Source: Eledone cirrhosa (taxonomy: Eukaryota). From it: a DNA stretch of 64,000 nucleotides. The position numbers were made by a program, and so were the translations under genes. Positions 42,915 to 56,931 of the stretch are shown in pieces (position 1 is the first letter of the stretch; every line of letters starts with the position of its first letter). A model generated the notes under the pieces. That model searched no databases, was not told the origin of the DNA, and was given only the letters and a program-made list of their open reading frames with translations. The DNA lies in assembly GCA_964016885.1 (NCBI GenBank), contig OZ024753.1:44888001-44952000 (forward strand), given 5' to 3'.

Positions 42915-43270
42915 CACTACTACCACTACTACTACTACTACTACTACCACCACCTCCACAACCATCTACCACCACCATCCAGAGATTGTCACATCCTTCC
43001 ATCACTTCAGCAGCTCTCTCTCTCTCTCTCTCTCATTAGAACTGTGGCCTGTCATTGTCACATCTCCATCACTTCAACAACCAGCCATACAACCATACAA
43101 CCAGCCAACCATCCACCATACCAGCCAGCTCAACAGCTAGCTAACCTGCCCTGTCAACAGCCAGCCAGCCAGCCAACCATCCCCATACCATCCAGCCACA
43201 CAGTCAACCAGCCAACCATTCAGTAAGCTCTTTGAGAAGTGTGGCAGCTACTTACCTGTCTGTAGACAAA

Positions 43271-44110
43271 CTACACCAGTGCTAGGCAATGCGACAATGG
43301 AACGGCCTTCTACACCAGTGCTACCTTGCTACAATGGCCACAATGGACCGGCCTACACCAGTGCCACAATGGCCACAATGGACCGGCCTACACCAGTGCT
43401 ACCTTGCTACAATGGCCACAATGGACCGGCCTACACCAGTGCTACCTTGCTACAATGGCCACAATGGACCGGCCTACACCAGTGCTACCTTGCTACAATG
43501 GCCACAATGGACCGGCCTACACCAGTGCTACCTTGCTACAATGGCCACAATGGACCGGCCTACACCAGTGCCACCTTGCTACAATGGCCACAATGGACCA
43601 GCCTACACCAGTGCTACCTTGCTACAATGGCCACAATGGACCGGCCTACACCAGTGCCACCTTGCTACAATGGCCACAATGGACCAGCCTACACCAGTGC
43701 TACCTTGCTACAATGGCCACAATGGACCAGCCTACACCAGTGCTACCTTGCTACAATGGCCACAATGGACCGGCCTACACCAGTGCCACCTTGCTACAAT
43801 GGCCACAATGGACCAGCCTACACCAGTGCTACCTTGCTACAATGGCCACAATGGACCAGCCTACACCAGTGCTACCTTGCTACAATGGCCACAATGGAAT
43901 GGCCTTCTACACCAGTGCTACCTTGGAACGCCACAATGGAACGGCCTACACCAGTGCCAGGCAATGTGGCAATGGAATGGCCTTCTACACCAGTGCTACC
44001 TTGGAACGCCACAATGGAACGGCCTACACCAGTGCCAGGCAATGTGACAATGGAATGGCCTTCTACACCAATGCTACCTTGGAACGCCACAATGGAACGG
44101 CCCTGTACTA
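43271..44110. repeat. 43-bp minisatellite
   Basis: Unit gctaccttgctacaatggccacaatggacc(g/a)gcctacaccagt, with diverged units at both ends. Confidence 0.95.
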
Positions 44111-44199
44111 CCTTGTTACCACCTAACTTTGGCCGCCACCCTTTCATTATCATATCTCTAATGAAAGACATTATCTATGTTATTAAATCTTTCATTACC

Positions 44200-44450
44200 G
44201 GAGGGTTAGGGTATTCAGCTCACAATCATAAGGTCGTGAGTTCGATTCCCGGTGGCACATTGTGTCCTTGAGCAAGACACTTTATTTCACGTTGCTCCAG
44301 TCCACTCACCTAGCAAAAATGAGTTGTACCTGTAACTCGAATGGCCAGCCTTGTCACATTATGTGTCACATTATGTGTCACACTGAATCTCCGAGAACTA
44401 CATTAATAGTAGACATGTCTGTGGAATGCTCAGCCACTTGTGGATTAATT
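44200..44450 (+). mobile_element. SINE family B
   Basis: GAGTTCGATTCCC..GTGTCCTTGAGCAAGACACTTTATTTCAC..GCTCCAGTCCACTCA..GAGTTGTACCTGT..GTGGAATGCTCAGCCAC; colinear with 48289-48560. Confidence 0.8.
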
Positions 44451-44451
44451 T

Positions 44452-44503
<52 letters not shown>

Positions 44504-44636
44504 TAACAGATTAAAGTTTAAGCAAAGACTCACTACTTTCACCCTTAATGGGATCTTCTCAAACTAATAGATAGATATGTTTATCCTATCGAGCCCTCTT
44601 TGGATTTTAGTCTTCACATTTATTATTATTATTACT

Positions 44637-44825
44637 ATTGGCAGTATCGGTAGAGGGTCGGACGCCATGCTTTGCAGCATAGAGTTACGGCCCTTTATGG
44701 TCTGAGTTCAAATCCCGCCGAGGTTAACTTTGCCTTTCATCCTTACAGGGGGTCGATAAAATAAAGTACCAGTAATACACTGGGATAATTGCTGGCCTTG
44801 TGCCCAAAGTAGAAACAATTATTAC
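44637..44825 (+). mobile_element. SINE family A
   Basis: Same consensus. Confidence 0.87.
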
Positions 44826-46004
44826 TATATATATATATATATAGCGGCGATGAATTAGTTTTGCGAGGTTTTTTATATGAAATCGTGTGTCGAAACAGAT
44901 ATTGTTATATTTGGGGAGGGTCATATTTGCGTAATATTGCCAGAATTAATAACAGAACACACTCACTGTTTGGTTGGTTTTCGCTTCTCGCTGTCTTTTA
45001 TATATATATATCTGCGATCTAACTTACTCGGTCCTCAATGTTGCCATTGACTGACCGGCGGTCAAAAATAATACAGATACAATATAGACAAACACATATA
45101 TATATAGTTTACATAAATCTTTCGTTGCACATCTGCAACATCGTCAGTGGTGTTATATTCATTGTTCCTCCTGTTGTGTTGTATGTCTACGCCATTTTTT
45201 TTTTTTTTTTGTTCAGTCTGTCTATATATTTATTTATTTATTTGCTTGTTTGTTTATCTTATTTTATTTTGTCTTCTTTGCGCATGCGTTTGCGTGTGTG
45301 TATAGTGTTATGTGTGATGTGTGATGTGTGACTAGTGTGTATAGTGTTGTCTGCTGGGTGACTAGTGTGTGTTTATGTGCTTGTGTATGTATTTATTTAT
45401 CTTATTTTATTTAATTTAATTTACTTATTTATTTATACTTCTCTTAGGTCAGTGTTGTTTGTTTGGGTGACCAAAGCTGGCACCTTCCTATATATATATA
45501 TATATATATATATAGGAAGGTGCCAGCGTTTTAGCTTGAAAACCCTTCAATGCTGCGTTGAAAGAAATCATTTGAATACCAATCACAGTTCCTTCATTGA
45601 TCTCTTATTGATCTATTATTGAACAATAAAAGGAGAGAAAAGCGGAGACCAACAACACTATCACTACCATCAACACCACCACCGCCACCAACAACAACAA
45701 CAACAACACCAACAACAACACCGATACCAACAACAACACCAACCCCATCACCAGCAATAACACCAACAATAACACCACTACCAATACCAACAACATCAAC
45801 ATCACCAAATACACCAACAACATCACCACCACCAACACAACCTCCATCAATACTACCACCACCACAACCTCCACCACCACCAACAACAACAACAGTTGAT
45901 CAGAGGAGAAGGAAATGAGTTGGTTTGATGTTGCCAAGAAAAACCTGATGAGAAATAAAGAAACCAGCAGGAAGACTTAGTTGAAGCCGAACTCTAGCTA
46001 ATAA

Positions 46005-46630
46005 TTAACCCTTTCATTAGCATATTTCTAATGAAAGACACTGTCTATGTCCTTAACCCTTTCATTAGCATATTTCTAATGAAAGACACTGTCTATGTCC
46101 TTAACCCTTTCATTACCATATTTCTAATGAAAGACACTGCCTATGTCCTTAACCCTTTCATTACCATATTTCTAATGAAAGACACTGTCTATGTCCTTAA
46201 CCCTTTCATTAGCATATTTCTAATGAAAGACACTGTCTATGTCCTTAACCCTTTCATTACCATATTTCTAATGAAAGACACTGCCTATGTCCTTAACCCT
46301 TCTGGATACCATGTATCTAATGAAAGATGCTACCTATGTTGTTTAATCCTTCCAGTTACCATATATCTAATGAAAGACACTGTTTATGTCTTTAACCCTT
46401 TCATTACCATATATCTAAAGAAAGACACTGTTTATGTCTTTAACCCTTTCATTACCATATTTCTAATGAAAGACACTGTTTATGTCTTTAACCCTTTCAT
46501 TACCATATATCTAAAGAAAGACACTGTTTATGTCTTTAACCCTTTCATTACCATATTTCTAATGAAAGACACTGCTTATGTCTTTAACCCTTTCGTTACC
46601 ATATATCTAAAGAAAGACACTGCTTATAGT
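46005..46630 (+). repeat. 48-bp minisatellite derived from a MITE end
   Basis: Unit taaccctttcattaccatatttctaatgaaagacactgtctatgtcct; last unit continues into MITE-like sequence. Confidence 0.93.
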
Positions 46631-47443
46631 TTTCAAATCATTCTGAAAATAATCAAGTACTTTGAAAGATTTAGTAATATAACTCTGTCATTATTAAGCT
46701 GGTGTTTGAAGCTGAGCTTACAAAGTTTCTAACAAAGAATTATGATGCAAGGTTTTAGATAAATCTAAACACTTTAAAACAAACAGCTCAGAATCATAGA
46801 ACTAAGAATAGTTTCAGGTGTTTTGATATCAAAAGAGTTAAAGTTGTTTGTTCTCTGTAGAAATAGTCAGATATTCTACCATTATCACAGATCACAGGTA
46901 TGGAGAGGTGAAGAAGTTAACTTGAAAGAGAAGAAACTTTACAAGTGCAACAGTTGTATTAAAGAGAAGGTAGTTGTAGTTTATAGAGATAGGGAGGTTT
47001 GGTAAATAAGGTGTATATATATACCTGAGCATGTGTATATATATGTATAAATGTGCATGTATCTATGTATATATACCTGTGTATGCATATATGTGTATAT
47101 ACCTGTGCATGTGTATATGTATATATACCTGTGCATGTGTATATGTATATATACCTATGTATGCATATATGTATATATACCTGTGCATGTGTTTATGCAT
47201 ATATACCTGTGCATGTGTGTATGTATATATACCTATGTATGCATATATGTATATATACCTGTGCATGTGTTTATGTATATATACCTGTGCATGTGTATAT
47301 GTATATATATCTGTGCATGTGTATATATACCTATGTATGCATATTTGTATATATACCTATGTATGCATATATGTATGTATACCTGAGTATGTATATTTAT
47401 GTATGTATACCTGTGCATGTGTATATCTATGTATATATAGATA

Positions 47444-47701
47444 TGGTATGGACATGTGATGCGCATGGAGGATGACCGATGGGTGAAGAAGTGCCAGGAA
47501 TTGCCAGTTGAGGGAAGACGTGGTAGAGGTAGACCACGAAAAACATGGGCGGAGGTGGTGAGAACAGACCTCAGATCATTGAAGCTCACGGTGGAGATGA
47601 CGAGGGACCGTGACGAGTGGAGAGATGCTGTGCTGAATAAGACCCGTCCCACCCTTGCAAGCAGGGAAAAGCGGACGTAAAATGATGATGATGATGATGA
47701 T
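47444..47701 (+). mobile_element. RTE LINE 3' fragment
   Basis: Near-identical to the 3' end of the long copy, with (GAT)n tail; inserted into a TA/CA-rich minisatellite. Confidence 0.9.
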
Positions 47702-47885
47702 ATACTAGTGTATATGTATGTATACCTGTGCATGTGTATATCTATGTATATATACTAGTGTATATGTATATATACCTGAGAACGTATAAACATTGTGTTG
47801 TTCGAAGGTAAGGGCTGTTTGAGAAAACTTGAAAAAAAAACTGGAAACAAATATTAAACTCCAACACAATATTTTAGTATCAGAA

Positions 47886-48080
47886 GGGCGGTGGATTGGC
47901 AGTATAGGTGGGGGGTCGGACACCATGCTTTGCAGCATGGAGTTACGGCCCTTTATGGTCTGAGTTCAAATCCCGCCGAGGTTAACTTTGCCTTTCATCC
48001 TTACGGGGTCGATAAAACAAAGTACCAGTAATGTACTGGGGATAATTGCTGGCCTTGTGCCAAAAGTAGAAACAATTATT
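47886..48080 (+). mobile_element. SINE family A
   Basis: Same consensus. Confidence 0.87.
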
Positions 48081-48288
48081 TTAGTCTCAGATCTGTTTAG
48101 GTTTCCAGCATCACAGAAAATATCTTGAGGGGATTATCAAGAATTATTAAACAGCTTAGTCATAGAGGAGATTATCATGTGATATGTAGAACAAGATTAA
48201 CTAAACCTCTGCTTTACTTAATCCTTACTACATTGATTGTATTTTACAATGTTTTGTGTTGTGTAACACCACATGTACTTTGTCTATT

Positions 48289-48560
48289 GTGAAGGTGTGT
48301 GGTTTAATGGTGAGAGTGTTTGGCTCAGAATTGTAGAGTTGTGAGTTCAATTCCTGGCAGTGTATTGTACCCTTGGGCGAGAAACTTTATTTCATGTTAC
48401 TCCAGTCCACTCAGCTGCAAAAAAACAATGAGTTGTACCTGTGATTTAATTCAACGAGTCAGTTTTATTACACACTGTGTCATACTGAATCTCCCTGAGA
48501 ACTACAATAAATAAAGGTTAACATGTATGTGGAATACTCAGCCACATCTATGTTAACATC
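48289..48560 (+). mobile_element. SINE family B
   Basis: Colinear with 44200-44450; an inverted head fragment follows at ~48650-48720. Confidence 0.78.
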
Positions 48561-48939
48561 TATGGGCAAACTGTAATAAGAAACTGGTTTGAAGATTTGT
48601 GCTTTTGTTGTTATAGGCTCACCATGTTTCTTCCTTATAGAAGATGTGCTGCTGGGAATCGAACTCCCAACCTTACAACTGTGAGCCCTGCACACTAATA
48701 ACTTAGTCATACACCTTCACATTACTAAATATAACAAGAACAACCATTGAAATTAGAATATGTGGGAAAATCAAATAAGAATATGCCTGAGCAAACAGGA
48801 AAAATAATTACTCATTGATAGAAAAACAGAAATCTTTGATAGATATTAAGTCAAGCAAAAGTATCTGTGGTTAATCTGGGGTGAAATATAGTTCACATAT
48901 TATGATGACTCAGAGGCAGGGCTTTCTCCCACCAGGGTA

Positions 48940-49121
48940 ATAATTGTTTCTACTTTAGGCACAAGGCCAGCAATTATCCAGTGTATTACTGGTACTTTAT
49001 TTTATCGACCCTGTAAGGATGAAAGGCAAAGTCAACCTCGGCGGGATTTGAATTCAGATCGTAAAGGGACTTAACTATGCTGGAAAGCATGGCGTCCGAC
49101 CCTCTACCGATACTGCCAATC
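48940..49121 (-). mobile_element. SINE family A with apparent target-site duplication
   Basis: Reverse-complement consensus, flanked by ccagggtaataat on both sides (~48930 and ~49122). Confidence 0.87.
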
Positions 49122-49332
49122 CCAGGGTAATAATGGCGTATAAAAGAAATCCCATTTTTTTTTTTTTTCAATAAAAGAATTTACCTTATCTAAGATACTT
49201 TACCTTATCTAAGAAGTTAACCTTTTCAATACCACATTTCTAGTGAAAGTTACTGGCTAAGTACATTTACATAATTTTAAAACATAATCAAGAATTTGGA
49301 GGGATTTAGTAGTATAACTAATTTTCTTGTTA

Positions 49333-49566
49333 TCAACCCTTTCATGACTGTATTTCTAATGAAATACACTCTAATTTAATTAATTAAGGATTTTGAGGGA
49401 TTTATTAAAATTATTATTTCATTACTAAGATAGTAACTTAATGTATAAACTCTTATATAAAATTATGTTGGAAGATTTTAATTTAAATTGGAAACATTTA
49501 AAATAAGTGAATTTATTTCATAGAACTAGAGCTGGTTTTGGCCAGGTTGGTCACTAAAGGATTAAA
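49333..49566. mobile_element. piggyBac-like MITE (TTAA-CCCTTT-type ends)
   Basis: Begins tcaaccctttcatgac and ends gtcactaaaggattaa. Interior is similar to ~61490-61718, 46585-46795 and 25560-25838, several of which end in aaa(g/a)ggttaa-like termini. Confidence 0.55.
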
Positions 49567-51216
49567 TTGGTGTTTGGAACTTAAAGAGTCGAATCCCCAA
49601 CCTTATGTTCCTTTGTAGTTTAAAAAAACCCTGACCATTAAACCATGAAAAGAAAATATTTTAAGAAATGTGGGTGATTAGAGGTGAATGAAGAAACTTC
49701 TAGAAAATGGTAACTAAACTTGAGAGGAATGTAACAACATTGAATCTACAGAAACTTCAACTATTTAAAACCAAAAATTCCTTTAAAATGTCAAACTACA
49801 TTCCTACCAGACTTATCTTCTTTCATAAAATCACTCATAATTAAAATTCATTAAAGAATAGTTTAAACATTTCTATATTTTTCAAGTAAGGTTAATGTCT
49901 CTAGTTCATTGATAACATATCGACTATATTTAATTTCCTGTTTACAATTCTAAATTTAATTATATAAAAATGACAAAGAATTTAATATTTAGTCAGACAT
50001 ATTGAAAAAGAAATTCTAAGAAAAGAAAGAGCAAGGATTATTAGATGACAATAGAAAGGGAGAACGAAAGAGGGTGACAGACTCTACAGCTAGGTCAGAG
50101 CTGTGTTTTCAGCTGCACCCCACGGACAAAATGGTGAAGGACATCAAAATAAAAGATTGATTTGTTTTATAAAAACGTTTGTTATAAAACGACACACGGG
50201 TTTTAACTTTCAATTGTGGTATATGTATATCTATGTATATATATATATATAGATGGATATATGTGGTATATATATAAAGAAATATTTAGCCAGGAATTGT
50301 AGGTGATGCCAAAAAAGAACTAAAGAATAGGACACATCTAAGTTGTCAGACAAGTTTTTTTAGCAGCACAATGGCACCGATAATTTGGTAAAAGAAAATA
50401 GTAAAAATAGTTGATTGATGGTGTGAGATGACAGCTGCTAAGATTGACAATGTGAAGACATGCAATCAGTTTCCTATTAGTTAAACGAGAAACTGGAGGA
50501 ATGGAAAAGAAAGGAAAAGTTAGAGGACATTAGTTCTATAAATTAGTGTCGAAGCACAATAGGGAAATTAAATAAAAAATAGACTATCAAAGATAACAGT
50601 CAGGGGGAAAAACAGAGAAAAAATAGTGAAAAAATATAAAGAAATTATTGGTAAATATGTGGAAAGAAAGTTTGTACATAACACGGAAGTTTCGAAGAAT
50701 ATTTAAGTCTAAAGAATCTAGTGTCTTTGTGTTGGAAATAACAGGAATCACATTGAAGCAAGGGAGGGGGGGGGGGGTTAAGGAGTGGGTTTGGGAATAG
50801 AATAGAATAAATATATAAAAGAAAAAGGCTACAAAGGAAGTTGTTGAATTCTATTTATTGATTTCAATGTGATCTATTGTGATTTTGAAGGACAACAGAC
50901 TTTTGTTATTGTTCTGGGAGATTCCAGAAGAGTTGTGTTTGGAAGCAACAACAACATCTGTTAAGCAACATTGTCCTGTTCCATGGGGGCTGAGATACAG
51001 GTCAGGGGAAGTAAATAAACATCAACTTAGTATCAGTAGAGGATAGAGAGAGAGAGGGGGTGGGAGTGGGGGTGGAGTGAGGGGGGGTGGAGATTTGCAG
51101 AGGTTTGATAGCTGAAAGGAACACTTCATGCATGTCACTGAGATAACAAATAAAATATATACATATATATATATATATGTACATATACATATATATATAC
51201 ATATACATAGATATAC

Positions 51217-51247
<31 letters not shown>

Positions 51248-51278
51248 CATATATATACATACACACACACATATACAT

Positions 51279-51662
<384 letters not shown>

Positions 51663-51728
51663 CTTTCACTCGTGTAGGACACCTCGGTTATTTTTCAATT
51701 TGTAAAAACAAAACAAAAAAACCCTCAC

Positions 51729-51777
<49 letters not shown>

Positions 51778-51840
51778 TTTAAGTTAATTTTAAGTTAATT
51801 TTTATAATTTTCTTATTTTACGTCTTTCATATATATATAT

Positions 51841-53656
51841 CATCATCATCATCATCATCATCATTTTACGTCCGCTTTTCCCTGCTTGCAAGGGTGGGAC
51901 GGGTCTTATTCAGCACAGCATCTCTCCACTCGTCACGGTCCCTCGTCATCTCCACCGTGAGCTTCAATGATCTGAGGTCTGTTCTCACCACCTCCGCCCA
52001 TGTTTTTCGTGGTCTACCTCTACCACGTCTTCCTTCAACTGGCATTTCCTGGCACCTCTTCACCCATCGGTCATCCTCCATGCGCATCACATGTCCATAC
52101 CACCTCAGTCTCCTCTCCCGTACACTACATTCTATCCCTCTCAGACACAGTTTCTCTCTCAACACATTTATGCTGGGTCGTTCACGCACATTTACACTGC
52201 ACATCCAACGGAGCATGCTTGCCTCATTTCTCTCCAGCCGTCGCATATCTTCTGCGGTAGCTGCCCATGTCTCACTACCATGCAGCATCGCGCTCCTCAC
52301 ACAGGCATCATACAACCGGCCTTTCGTACGCAGGGAGAAACCCTTCTTCGTCAACAGAGGAAGCAGCTCCCTAAACTTCTTCCAACCCGTCCTTATTCTA
52401 GATACTATGGCCTCGGAACACCCTCCTCCCATGCTAATCTGATCTCCTAGGTACCGGAAGCTATCCACCACTTCTATAGCGCCCTCTCGCATTTGAAAAA
52501 TGTGTCTATCAGTGCGACTTCTACTGTCTAACTTCCCTGTACATCTACTGCATACATATTTCTCCCTACCTGTTAGTTTGCCTGCTATCCCGCTACATCT
52601 CTTGTGTACCCAGGACCTACATTGTGTGCATTTTATAGAATTTATGCCAGTTCCTTTTCTGCATATCGAACATGGCCATTTCCCTGACGGAATCAGGGTT
52701 TTGTCCTCTTTTCTACTCATCAACACTTTTGTCTTAGCTAGATTTACTCTCAGTCCTCTTGCTTCCAACTGCTGTTTCCATAGCCGGAATTTATTCTCTA
52801 GCTCCTCTACTGATTCTGCCATAAGAGCCAGATCATCAGCATAGAGAAGTTCCCATGGACAGCCAGTCTTAAACTCCTCTGTTATGGCTTGGAGGACTAT
52901 AATGAACAAGAGCGGGCTGAGGACCGAACCCTGATGTACTCCTACTTGTATCTGGAATTCCTCACTAAACTCCATTCCTACCCTGACTTTACTGAGAGTA
53001 CCTCTGTACAAGGTTTGCACTGTCCTTACAAGCCATTCCTCAACACCCAGCTTCCTTAGGGACCACCAGATGACAGATCGGGGTACCCTATCAAAGGCCT
53101 TCTCTAGGTCAACAAAGGCTAAGTATAGTGGCTTATTCTTCTCTAAGAACCTCTCTTGCATTTGTCTCACCAAGAAGAGGGCATCTGTTGTACTCTTCCC
53201 AGGCACAAAACCAAACTGCATCTCATCTAGTTTGACCCTTTCTCTAATTAGTTGTGCTAAAATCCTTTCTGCCACTTTCATAACCTGATCTATCAGTTTT
53301 ATACCCCTATAATTGCTCCTCTCCAAAGCATCCCCTTTACCTTTGTAGCAATTTATGAGAATACTGCTGCACCAGTCTTTGGGTATGACACCACCATATA
53401 TAGCCTGATTGATTATGCGTGCAACCAGTTTAGTGCCTACGTCCCCTGATGCCTTCAGCATCTCAGCAACTATTCCAGATGGTCCGGCCGCCTTACCATT
53501 TTTCATTTCCCTAATCGCCTCTTGGACCCTATATTCGTCAATCTCAATAGCTGGTCCCTCTGTCGGATCTACCAAGGGTAATTTCTCTCTCTCCCATTCG
53601 TTCTCCACATTCATCAGTCTCTCATAATGACATTTCCAGGCCTCCTTTTTCTGGTC
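51841..53656 (-). mobile_element. 5'-truncated RTE-clade LINE with uninterrupted RT frame
   Basis: ORF 51866-53656 has RT motifs (NYRGIKL, QFGF, AFVDLEKAFDRV, GVHQGSVLSPLLF, LLYADD, FRYLG), a Cys/His finger (CSIC..CTQC..HKRC..CSRC), the RTE C-terminus (RRLRWYGHVMRM..GRRGRGRPRKTW) and a (GAT)n tail. Endonuclease domain is missing; the element sits in (TA)n. Confidence 0.93.
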
Positions 53657-53670
53657 ATATATATATATAT

Positions 53671-53725
53671 GTCCCACCCTTGCAAGCAGGGAAAAGCGGA
53701 CATAAATGATGATGATGATGATGAT
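53671..53725 (+). mobile_element. Very short RTE-type 3' tail, opposite orientation to the adjacent LINE
   Basis: gtcccacccttgcaagcagggaaaagcggacataaat(gat)n. Confidence 0.8.
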
Positions 53726-53998
53726 ATATATATATATTACCATGTTGCTTGTTTATTTCCTTTCTTTGGTTTGCTTTTATCCTTCTATGTTGTTCACTTG
53801 TCCCCCTCGCTTTACACGATTTACTGGTCCCAATAACTTTTTTTAGATTATTGCTCGCACCAACCTGAAGTATCTGATTTTTAATGCGATGAAATACCAA
53901 TGATGGTTGGAAAATCACTGACGAAGGACTATTTTTATCATATGTAACCCATGTGCAAACCACGCAGTATAAACCACGCAGTATTCTTCTTTCTTCTC

Positions 53999-54044
<46 letters not shown>

Positions 54045-54179
54045 GATATCAATAGTTTGAAAGCAATAATATTTGTCTTAATATCACAAAACACCAAAAG
54101 TGTTTTCATAGAATAAAATAAAATAAAATGACCAGCTTTGAAACATAATAAAAGAGTGAATGATAAGAGAGAGACAGAG

Positions 54180-55160
54180 GCACACACGACACGAGGACCA
54201 CACAACAGACACGAGGACCACACAACAGACACGAGGACCACACAACAGACACGAAGACCACACAACATACACGAGGACCACACAACACACACCAGGACCA
54301 CACAACACACACCAGAACCACACAACACACACCAGAACTACACAACACACACCAGAACCACACAACACACATGAGGACCACACAACACACACCAGAACCA
54401 CACAACACACACCAGAACCACACAACACACACCAGAACCACACAACACACACCAGAACCACACAACACACACCAGAACCACACAACACACATGAGGACCA
54501 CACAACACACACCAGAACCACACAACACACACCAGAACCACACAACACACACCAGAACCACACAACACACATGAGGACCACACAACACACACCAGAACCA
54601 CACAACACACACCAGAACCACACAACACACACCAGAACCACACAACACACATGAGGACCACACAACACACACCAGAACCACACAACACACACCAGAACCA
54701 CACAACACACACCAGAACCACACAACACACACCAGAACCACACAACACACACCAGAACCACACAACACACATGAGGACCACACAACACACACCAGAACCA
54801 CACAACACACATGAGGACCACACAACACACACCAGAACCACACAACACACACCAGAACCACACAACACACACCAGAACCACACAACACACACCAGAACCA
54901 CACAACACACACCAGAACCACACAACACACACCAGAACCACACAACACACACCAGAACCACACAACACACATGAGGACCACACAACACACACCAGAACCA
55001 CACAACACACACCAGAACCACACAACACACACCAGAACCACACAACACACACCAGGACCACACAACACACATGAGGACCACACAACACACACCAGAACCA
55101 CACAACACACATGAGGACCACACAACACACACCAGGACCACACAACACACACCAGAACTA
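54180..55160. repeat. 20-bp minisatellite
   Basis: (accagaacca|atgaggacca)cacaacacac in exact 20-bp register. Confidence 0.96.
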
Positions 55161-55407
55161 CGCAAGACTAAATTAGTTTTCAGTGTGAAAGAAAAATGAT
55201 AGAGATTCATAATCCAACAGTTTATTGAGAAAGAGAGAGCAGCTGTCAGTTATAGGGAATTATGTGTGAAGAACTGAGATATATATATATATATATATAC
55301 ATATATATGTATATATGTATATATATATATATATACATATATATGTATATATATATATATATACATATATATGTATATATATATATATATACATATATAT
55401 GTATATA

Positions 55408-55461
<54 letters not shown>

Positions 55462-55475
55462 TATGTATATATGTA

Positions 55476-55571
<96 letters not shown>

Positions 55572-55817
55572 TATGTATATATGTATATATATATATATAT
55601 ACATACATATATATGTATATATATATATCTATATATCTATATATATATATGTATATATGTATATATATATATATATACATACATATATATGTATATATAT
55701 ATATCTATATATCTATATATATATACATATATATGTATATATATATATACATATATATGTATATATGTATATATATATATATATACATATATATGTATAT
55801 ATATATATATATACATA

Positions 55818-56041
<224 letters not shown>

Positions 56042-56056
56042 TATGTATATATATAC

Positions 56057-56137
<81 letters not shown>

Positions 56138-56275
56138 TATGTAACTTTATTGATAGAGAGAAGCTGTCAGTTATAGGGAATTATGTGTGAAGAACTGAGA
56201 TATATATATATATATATATCTCACTTTATTGAGATATGTGTGTGTATATATATATATTTATATATATATATATTT

Positions 56276-56306
<31 letters not shown>

Positions 56307-56366
56307 ACAAGTTTATTGAGAGAGAGAGAGACTGTCAGTCTCAATATATATCTCAGTTTATTGAGC

Positions 56367-56423
<57 letters not shown>

Positions 56424-56931
56424 CAAGTTTATTGAGAGAGAGAGAGAGAGAGAGAGAAGAAGAAGAAGTTTAGAAGAGTAAAATAATCGTCCCATCCCAA
56501 TCTGTGATTAAAGAATGATAGAAGAGGTATTTCTAATAATGTTGTATTGATGTAGAATTAGTTGAATAAAATAGAAGAGAGAATACTGTAGATATTGACT
56601 GGTAGAAGAGGTGAAGAGATTAAATAGGATTAGGTGGTGTTTATCTTGGTCTTAATATACAGCAGGTTAGGATTAGAGATGGGGGGAGGGAGAGAGACGG
56701 GGGGAGGGAGAGTTGAGGGAGAGGCAGAAAAAGGTAGAGAGAGAGTGGTAGAGAGGTAGAGAGAGACAGAGAGGGAAAGGGACAGAGAGTAGGGAGAGAC
56801 AGAGAGTAGGAAGAGACAGTGTGATAGAGAGAGAGAAAGAGAGAGGGAGAGAGAGAGAGTGGTAGAGAGAGATAGAGATATATATAGAGAGAGAGAGGTA
56901 TACATGTGAAATAAAAACACCTATAGAATAT

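Noticed and set aside
44520-44565. Hammerhead-like TGAGAAGA-TCCC..GGG-TGAAA on the minus strand
   Set aside because: Too degenerate and no partner arm; not counted among the fold-back set.
50270-50760. Purine-rich stretch resembling decayed coding sequence (also 59990-60240)
   Set aside because: Many stops and no recognisable motif; possibly old TE but unsupported.
53657-53743. N-terminus of the 625-aa ORF
   Set aside because: Microsatellite and inverted tail read-through; the element is 5'-truncated with no genuine start.
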